Source of the DNA: Planctomycetota bacterium
Lineage (GTDB): Bacteria; Planctomycetota; B15-G4; JADJEK01
Direction of reading: 5' to 3'
Length of the DNA: 64,000 nt
Assembly (NCBI GenBank): GCA_044225365.1
Contig: JBGAIQ010000007.1
Coordinates: 32,001 to 96,000, forward strand
This document shows, one piece after another, positions 58,751 to 64,000 of the stretch. The notes beneath the pieces were generated by a model. The model searched no databases. It saw only the letters and a list, made by a program, of their open reading frames with translations, and was not told the origin of the DNA. The translations under genes and the position numbers were made by a program. Each line of letters opens with the position of its first letter. The first letter of the stretch is position 1.

Positions 58751-58978
58751 GGTGCGAGGAGGCCTTTCTGACGCGCCCTGGACGCGCGCGCATCGCCCGA
58801 ACTCCCGATCGCGCAACTTGCGAGATCGAAGAGGTCGAGCGAGTGACGAATAGGATCGCCGCGAACGTCGACCCCCGCCAGCTCCATTCTCGTCCACCTG
58901 CGCGGAGGCCGGTCAACCCCGGCCCAAGTGGCCGCGGGGGATCCGAGACTCTCCGCACGGAGTCCGTCGCATTGGAGC

Positions 58979-59004
58979 GGGGTGAGCGCGAGAGCGCACA
59001 CCCC
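58979..59004. terminator. GC-rich hairpin after the Zn-ribbon gene (no U-tract)
   Basis: GGGGTG-A-GCGC-GAGA-GCGC-A-CACCCC, 8 nt past the stop. Confidence 0.4.
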
Positions 59005-59012
59005 AGGCGAGG

Positions 59013-59324
59013 TCACTCGTCGTCGAACGAGACGTCTTCGTCTTCGTCCTCGTCTTCGTCCTCTTCTTCCTCATCGTCATCTTCGTCGTCGTCACCGAAG
59101 TCGTCGAACTCTTCGTCTTCGTCGCCGACGACGTCTGCTTCCTCGTCGTCGAACGAGGCTTCGCCCTCTTCCTCACCTTCGTCCTCGGGGAGCAGTTCTT
59201 CGAGTTCGTCCTCGTCGAACGTCGCGCCGCAGTCCGGGCAGGCCTTGTAGGAACGGATGTAGTCGATGTCGTCCGTCTCGTCGAAGGACGTTCCGCAGTA
59301 CGGACAATCGAACTGCACGGCCAT
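59013..59324 (-). CDS. Zinc-ribbon protein with hyperacidic C-terminal tail
   Basis: CPYC...CPDC then about 65 residues dominated by D/E; GAGAGGA RBS. Confidence 0.85.
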   Translation of the reverse strand: MAVQFDCPYCGTSFDETDDIDYIRSYKACPDCGATFDEDELEELLPEDEGEEEGEASFDDEEADVVGDEDEEFDDFGDDDEDDDEEEEDEDEDEDEDVSFDDE

Positions 59325-59354
59325 GCGCGAAATCCTCTCTCGCCTCGCGAATCG

Positions 59355-59486
59355 CCGAGGACCAGACTCCAGAACTCGCGGAATTCGCGGTGGCGGGCAG
59401 TGAAAGCTGCTTCACCTGCGAACCTTCCACCGCGTTCGATTCGTGTCGAATTTCGGGTGCGCGAGATTCCGGAACTACCGCCTCAG
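59355..59486 (-). ncRNA. Candidate structured leader/ncRNA
   Basis: Nested pairings CTGAGG/CCTCGG, TCCGGAA/TTCTGGA, CTCGCG/CGCGAG, CGCGGTGG/CCACCGCG; G.U pairs favour the minus strand; lies just below a TTGACA promoter. Confidence 0.45.
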
Positions 59487-59502
59487 ACGGGAAACGGGCC
59501 CG

Positions 59503-59530
59503 GTTCTACACGTGGGAGTCCGCGTGTCAA
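59503..59530 (-). promoter_or_regulatory. Putative sigma70 promoter
   Basis: TTGACA-N16-TAGAAC on the minus strand. Confidence 0.55.
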
Positions 59531-59775
59531 GTACATCCCCCGCACCGACTCCTTGCCGTCGATCGTTTCATTGGCGATTCGCACCCGCAATTCGATTCAC
59601 GTTCCACGCCACGAACAGCTTGCGATCGAAGTCTGGCTTCGTTGTGCTACGCTTCTGCCCTCGGGACAGCGACTTTCCGATCGCACCTGCGCGTACGGAT
59701 CTCGTCTCTCGAGGACGACGCCGGCGGGTGTGTACTCAGCGATTCGATCGATCGTTTCGATGACGCGAGGAAACC

Positions 59776-61344
59776 GTGACGCGATCCCGAAAGCGGACAG
59801 CAAGAGGCCCTTCGAGTCGTAAGGACGAGGACTCACGGGTCGCGGAGTCGCTGGCAGAGCGATTCCCAGCTCTGCTCATCGATTCGAGACGACGCATCAT
59901 CGCCGTGTCTGCGGCTGCCGTCCGCGTATTGGGAATCCGAGCCGATGCGTGCATCGGCAAATTCCTCGACGAAGTGCTCCCTCGCTGCGGAGCATCCCCT
60001 GACACGAACTCGGCCATTGCGCCAGGCCGGGGCGGTTCGCGGGGATCCAAATCGCTGCACGGAGAAGTGCGGCGACTCGGCGCTCTCGACGATCCGACGC
60101 ATCGGCAACTCGAACTCATCGACGTCCCACTCCCATCCGGTGGGCGTTGGCTCTACCTCGTCGATCGCACCGAGCAGGCACGCGCCCGCGCCGAATGCCT
60201 GCATCTTGGTCAACTCGCCTCGGCGGGACGGCTGATCTCGGGAATCGTTCACGAGATCAACAATCCGCTTTCCGGGATCATCGGTTACGTCCAGCTCCTT
60301 CTCCTGCGTGACCATGATCGTGACACTCGAAGTTCGCTCGAGAAGATCCAGTCGGAGGCCCTTCGTTCGAGTCGCATCGTGCGCAACCTCCTCGATTTCT
60401 CGCGCCGTCGCTCGTCGCACGAAGGTGCGGTCGACATCGGCGTGGTGGCCAAGAAAGCCCTCGAATTGAAGGCTCACGATCTTCGAGTCCACAACGTGAC
60501 CGTGCAGGTCGACATTCCGAGGAACGTCCCCAAGGTGGTCGGCGACGCGCATCCGCTGCTGCAAGTCTTCGTGAACTTGATCGCGAATGCCGAGCAGGCG
60601 ATGTACGAGTCCGATCGCGGTGGTCGCATCTCGATCCGCGCACGTCCCAGTAAACAGGACGTGACCATCACTCTCTCCGACACGGGCCCGGGCATTCCCC
60701 CACAACTCCGAGATCGAGTGTTCGATCCCTTCTTCACGACCAAACCCGAAGGGAAGGGCACCGGCCTCGGTCTCGGACTGTGCCGGGAGATCCTGCACCA
60801 CCACGGTGGTTCGATCCTGCTCTGCGAGAATTCCGAATCGGGCGCGACGTTCGCGATGCGCTTGCCCATCGCCGTGGAAACCAGCGCGGTCGAACGCGCC
60901 GCGAAGAAGCGTCGGCCGATCGTCGTGCGCGGGCACCGGTTGCTCGTCGTCGAGGACGATCCGATCTGTCGCGCCTTCGTGACCGAGGCGTTCGAGTCCA
61001 CCGGGAACGAAGTCCATGCGTTCGATCGCACCGAGGGAGCCCTGAAGTTCCTCCAGTCGCGGGCCGTCGACGCGATCATCTCCGACCTGCATCGACCTGG
61101 ACCGAATGGCCTCGAGTTCCACGGCGAGGTGACCAAGCTCGACGAGCAACTCGCAGCGCGAATCCTGTTCCTCACCGGTGACACGCTGAACCAGGAACTC
61201 ACGCGCATGCTCGCGCGCGCGGGGAATCTCGTACTGGCGAAGCCGGTAGAACTCGAAGATCTCCATCACGCCGTCGGGAAGCTCGTCAACACTCCTCCGA
61301 GGAAGACTCGGCCCAAGAACTCGCAGGCGCTTGGGAATTCGTGA
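59776..61344 (+). CDS. Cytoplasmic hybrid histidine kinase (PAS-like, HisKA, HATPase, REC)
   Basis: HEINNPL, QVFVNLIANA, DTGPGI, FDPFFTTK, GTGLGL; REC LVVEDD..ISD..TG..KP. Confidence 0.93.
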   Translation: MTRSRKRTARGPSSRKDEDSRVAESLAERFPALLIDSRRRIIAVSAAAVRVLGIRADACIGKFLDEVLPRCGASPDTNSAIAPGRGGSRGSKSLHGEVRRLGALDDPTHRQLELIDVPLPSGGRWLYLVDRTEQARARAECLHLGQLASAGRLISGIVHEINNPLSGIIGYVQLLLLRDHDRDTRSSLEKIQSEALRSSRIVRNLLDFSRRRSSHEGAVDIGVVAKKALELKAHDLRVHNVTVQVDIPRNVPKVVGDAHPLLQVFVNLIANAEQAMYESDRGGRISIRARPSKQDVTITLSDTGPGIPPQLRDRVFDPFFTTKPEGKGTGLGLGLCREILHHHGGSILLCENSESGATFAMRLPIAVETSAVERAAKKRRPIVVRGHRLLVVEDDPICRAFVTEAFESTGNEVHAFDRTEGALKFLQSRAVDAIISDLHRPGPNGLEFHGEVTKLDEQLAARILFLTGDTLNQELTRMLARAGNLVLAKPVELEDLHHAVGKLVNTPPRKTRPKNSQALGNS

Positions 61345-61354
61345 TCGTGACGCG

Positions 61355-61963
61355 GTGACGACGCCCTCGCTGAAGGACCTGCTCGCGACGATCCACCCGG
61401 TCGACCTCGCGGCGCTTGTCTTCATCGTGTGGCAGTCGATCTTCGGCGCCGTGCGCGGCTTCGCGTTCCAGTTCGTGCGACTGCTCGCTTGGGGCGGCGG
61501 GCTCGTTCTCGCTCGCACGTTCGGGTCCCAACTCGCAGAAGCGATCCTCGGCTTCGAGGTCGGATTGACCGCCGCCACCGCGTCCGTACTCGCGTGGTTC
61601 ACGATCATGTTCGCATCGTTGCTCGCGGGGCTCGTGATCCTGCGCCTGGTACGAACGCTGATCGAGAGCTGGAAGCTCGGCGGCATCGATCGAACACTGG
61701 GATTCGCGTTCGGCGCGCTGAAGGCGCTGCTGATCATCGTCGTCGCGATGATCCTCGCTTTCGCGATCGCTCGCCCGCTCGGCTTCGATTCCTACCTCGC
61801 GAGTTCCCGATGCGCGGAATGGTCGGGGACGATCGTCGATGCGACCGCACCCGCCCTCCCGGACGATCTCTCGAAGCAATTCCAGGAGTGGATCGCGGCG
61901 GCGAAGGCTCGCGCCACGGCCGCGAGCATCGTCGAGATCCCCGCAAGTCCGGCGCCGCGCTGA
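61355..61963 (+). CDS. cvpA: CvpA (colicin V production) family membrane protein
   Basis: VDL..GAVRGF, IDRTLGFAFGALK, four TM helices. Confidence 0.85.
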   Translation: MTTPSLKDLLATIHPVDLAALVFIVWQSIFGAVRGFAFQFVRLLAWGGGLVLARTFGSQLAEAILGFEVGLTAATASVLAWFTIMFASLLAGLVILRLVRTLIESWKLGGIDRTLGFAFGALKALLIIVVAMILAFAIARPLGFDSYLASSRCAEWSGTIVDATAPALPDDLSKQFQEWIAAAKARATAASIVEIPASPAPR

Positions 61964-61977
61964 GCGCGGCGCTGCGA

Positions 61978-64000
61978 TCACTTCATCGCAGGTGGTTGCG
62001 CAAGCGGCGGAGGCGCCTCGTTCTCATGGATCGCATCGAGCTCCGCGAGCCACTCGTTCAGCAACGCCGTGAGTTCGGAGTTCTTCGCGGGGCTGTTCTT
62101 GATGAGCGCACGAAGCTGCTCGATCGCGTTCTCGACGTTGCCGCCCATGTGTTCGAGCCGTGCGCGCATCAAGCGGAACGCTCCATCGTCCTGCTCGTAG
62201 TGCTCGATCGCCCACTCGACGTACTCGCGAGCCGCGGTCGGATTCCGCGCGCTCGGGTCCTTCCCGCCGATCAATAGATCGCAGATCGTCGCGGTGAATC
62301 GCGGCTCGTCCTTGTACTTCTCGTGGAGGGCGAGGAGGCGTTCGAGACCTTCGTTCGTTCGACCCAAACCATCGAGTGCGCGAGCGAGACCGATCGTCAT
62401 ACCCTTCTCGATGCGAGCGTGCGACTTGATCCCGAGTTCCGCCACGTCGATCGCCTTCTCCCATTGCTCGAGACGCAGGTCGACGTCGAGCAAGCTCGAG
62501 AAGATCGCGGGCGGAGTCGACCCGCCCTTCTTGGCGAGGGTCTCCTCGAAATCCTCACGCATCTTGCCGTAGACCCCGCGAATCAACGGATCGCGAGGAT
62601 CGATGGGCGGACAGCTGGCGCGCGGTACGTAGGTCGTGCGCTTGAACGCGGGCGAGTGCTCCCGCGTGTGACAGCGTTCGCACTGCATCGCGGACGGCTG
62701 ATCGACCATCGTCGTCTCGCTGAGGATGTTCTGGACGTGATTGCTACCCGGCCCGTGGCAATTCTCGCACTGCACGTCCTCGAACCCCGCGACCCGATCC
62801 GGCCGGGCGAATCCGCCCGGGAGATTGAACGCCACGGTGTGGCAGGTGATGCACTCGAGGTCGTATTCGACCTTCGCATCGAGCATCGTCTGCCAGGCGT
62901 GACCGTGCTTCGTGTTCCGCCAGAATTCGGTCTGCGCCCGATGGCACTTGGCGCAGGCTTGCACTCCGACGAAGTGCGGCTTGCCGTCGATCACATCGAT
63001 CGATTTCGGGTGCGTCGTATCGTTCGGGTCGTACAGCTTCTTCAACTCCTCGCGATACTGCTTCACCAGGTCGGCGAGCGTCGGATCGTCCTTGATCTTG
63101 GAGTCGAGGAGCTTCGGTGTGTGAGTGAAGTGCGACTCCGTCTGAGGACTCGTCTGCGCCTTCCGTTCCTCGTTGTACTTCAGGTTCGCTCGCATCGTCA
63201 CCAACTTGCGCGCGTCATCCGGACTCGACGCTGCGATGCTCTCGGCGTCGTCCGTGCCATACTCCTTGACGATGGAATCGATCCTCGACTTCAACTCCAC
63301 GATGACGTCGTCGACGTTGTCGAGTCCCGAGTAGTCGGAGAACGAAAGGCTGCCGTTGCGAATCGCGAATTCGGCGATGCCGACGCTCGTGCCATTCATC
63401 GTCGAGCCGAGGGCCATGGTTCCCGTCGCCGAGTCGATCGTGAACGTCGCATGACTCGTCGCCGCGTGACGGCCCACGATGAAGTTGATTCCAGGCACCT
63501 GGGCCGGCAGATCCTGCGTCATCTTCGTCGGCAGGTGCGTCAGCGCGACGATGAGGTGTGCCTGGCCGAGCAACTCGGGCACGAGTTCCTGCGCCGTCTT
63601 GATCGGATCCTCGATCTTCACCGTCTTTCGATCGAATCGATCCTCGAGGATCACCGTGACCTTGTTGTTGGTGTTGACCAGAACCGAGCCCTGTTCGTTC
63701 GCCTCGCTGACCGTGGGATGCAGTTCCTGCGCGACGAGTCCGAACACCGCGACCTTGAGCCCGTCGAAGTCGAAGATCTTGTAGCGCTGGAACAGCGGCT
63801 TCCCGCTCTCGCGGTCGAAGACGTTCGCGACCACGATCGGGAGATTCGTTTCCTTCGCGACTTCGAGGAAGTAGTCGCCACCCGCGGCGAGGTCGATCTC
63901 CCCGAACACCATGGCATCGAGGCCCGTCTTCACGAAGGCCTGTGCGATCGCCTTCGCCTTGACCTTGGCCTGCGCCATGAAGAGTGGATCGGAGAACTTC
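61978..64000 (-). CDS. UshA/5'-nucleotidase-like domain + c554-type tetraheme cytochrome + TPR-like tail (N-terminus beyond window)
   Basis: DAMVFGEIDL..PIVVANV..KVAVFGL..IVALTH metallophosphoesterase scaffold; four CxxCH (CAKCH, CITCH, CENCH, CERCH); frame open to the right edge. Confidence 0.85.
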   Translation of the reverse strand, partial: KFSDPLFMAQAKVKAKAIAQAFVKTGLDAMVFGEIDLAAGGDYFLEVAKETNLPIVVANVFDRESGKPLFQRYKIFDFDGLKVAVFGLVAQELHPTVSEANEQGSVLVNTNNKVTVILEDRFDRKTVKIEDPIKTAQELVPELLGQAHLIVALTHLPTKMTQDLPAQVPGINFIVGRHAATSHATFTIDSATGTMALGSTMNGTSVGIAEFAIRNGSLSFSDYSGLDNVDDVIVELKSRIDSIVKEYGTDDAESIAASSPDDARKLVTMRANLKYNEERKAQTSPQTESHFTHTPKLLDSKIKDDPTLADLVKQYREELKKLYDPNDTTHPKSIDVIDGKPHFVGVQACAKCHRAQTEFWRNTKHGHAWQTMLDAKVEYDLECITCHTVAFNLPGGFARPDRVAGFEDVQCENCHGPGSNHVQNILSETTMVDQPSAMQCERCHTREHSPAFKRTTYVPRASCPPIDPRDPLIRGVYGKMREDFEETLAKKGGSTPPAIFSSLLDVDLRLEQWEKAIDVAELGIKSHARIEKGMTIGLARALDGLGRTNEGLERLLALHEKYKDEPRFTATICDLLIGGKDPSARNPTAAREYVEWAIEHYEQDDGAFRLMRARLEHMGGNVENAIEQLRALIKNSPAKNSELTALLNEWLAELDAIHENEAPPPLAQPPAMK

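Noticed and set aside
58330-59250. ORF with long poly-Ser run
   Set aside because: Reverse-complement of the GAC/GAG acidic tail of 59013-59324.
59405-59420. GCAGGTGAAGCAGC resembles the SRP RNA helix-8 motif
   Set aside because: Lacks the intervening CCGGAAG tetraloop stem required in SRP RNA.
8146-61737. Many long antisense or alternate-frame ORFs (e.g. 8146-10266+, 14474-16789-, 20891-23998+, 31796-33655-, 34967-37105+, 59833-61737-)
   Set aside because: Shadows of real genes in high-GC DNA, with Arg/Val/Asp-biased composition and no motifs.

Overview
High-GC bacterial chromosomal segment, most consistent with an uncultured Planctomycetota lineage (inferred from the L28 GGVG-type sequence, HEAT-repeat exported proteins and many lipoproteins). 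It is densely coding, with about 52 genes. I found no rRNA, tRNA, CRISPR array, prophage or IS element. Recognisable content: two beta-oxidation loci, adk, rpmB, a dprE1/dprE2-like pair, a complete chemosensory operon (cheA-W-Y-B-R-X-Y-orphan) plus a separate MCP, pcnB, a Firmicutes-style ymfF/ymfH-miaA operon, dxr-rseP-ubiA, ino1, PPi-type PFK, hpt, a hybrid kinase, cvpA and a UshA-like tetraheme cytochrome. The most interesting unexplained items are six. (1) A four-lipoprotein operon (66-aa lipoprotein, two paralogous beta-strand-rich lipoproteins, TPR lipoprotein) divergent from a Tat-signal HEAT protein, a candidate undescribed envelope or pore complex. (2) A textbook sigma54 promoter driving a Gly/Pro-rich exported HEAT protein, divergent from a sensor-less, motif-degenerate enhancer-binding protein, next to a small Sm/Hfq-like ORF. 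(3) A poly(A) polymerase carrying RNase E-like disordered Arg-rich and acidic extensions. (4) A roughly 130-nt structured RNA upstream of a Zn-ribbon/hyperacidic protein. (5) A candidate dif site. (6) A split ebo-like MIPS plus prenyltransferase pair. All functional calls come from motifs recognised by eye; no searches were run, and start codons were chosen from RBS and overlap evidence.
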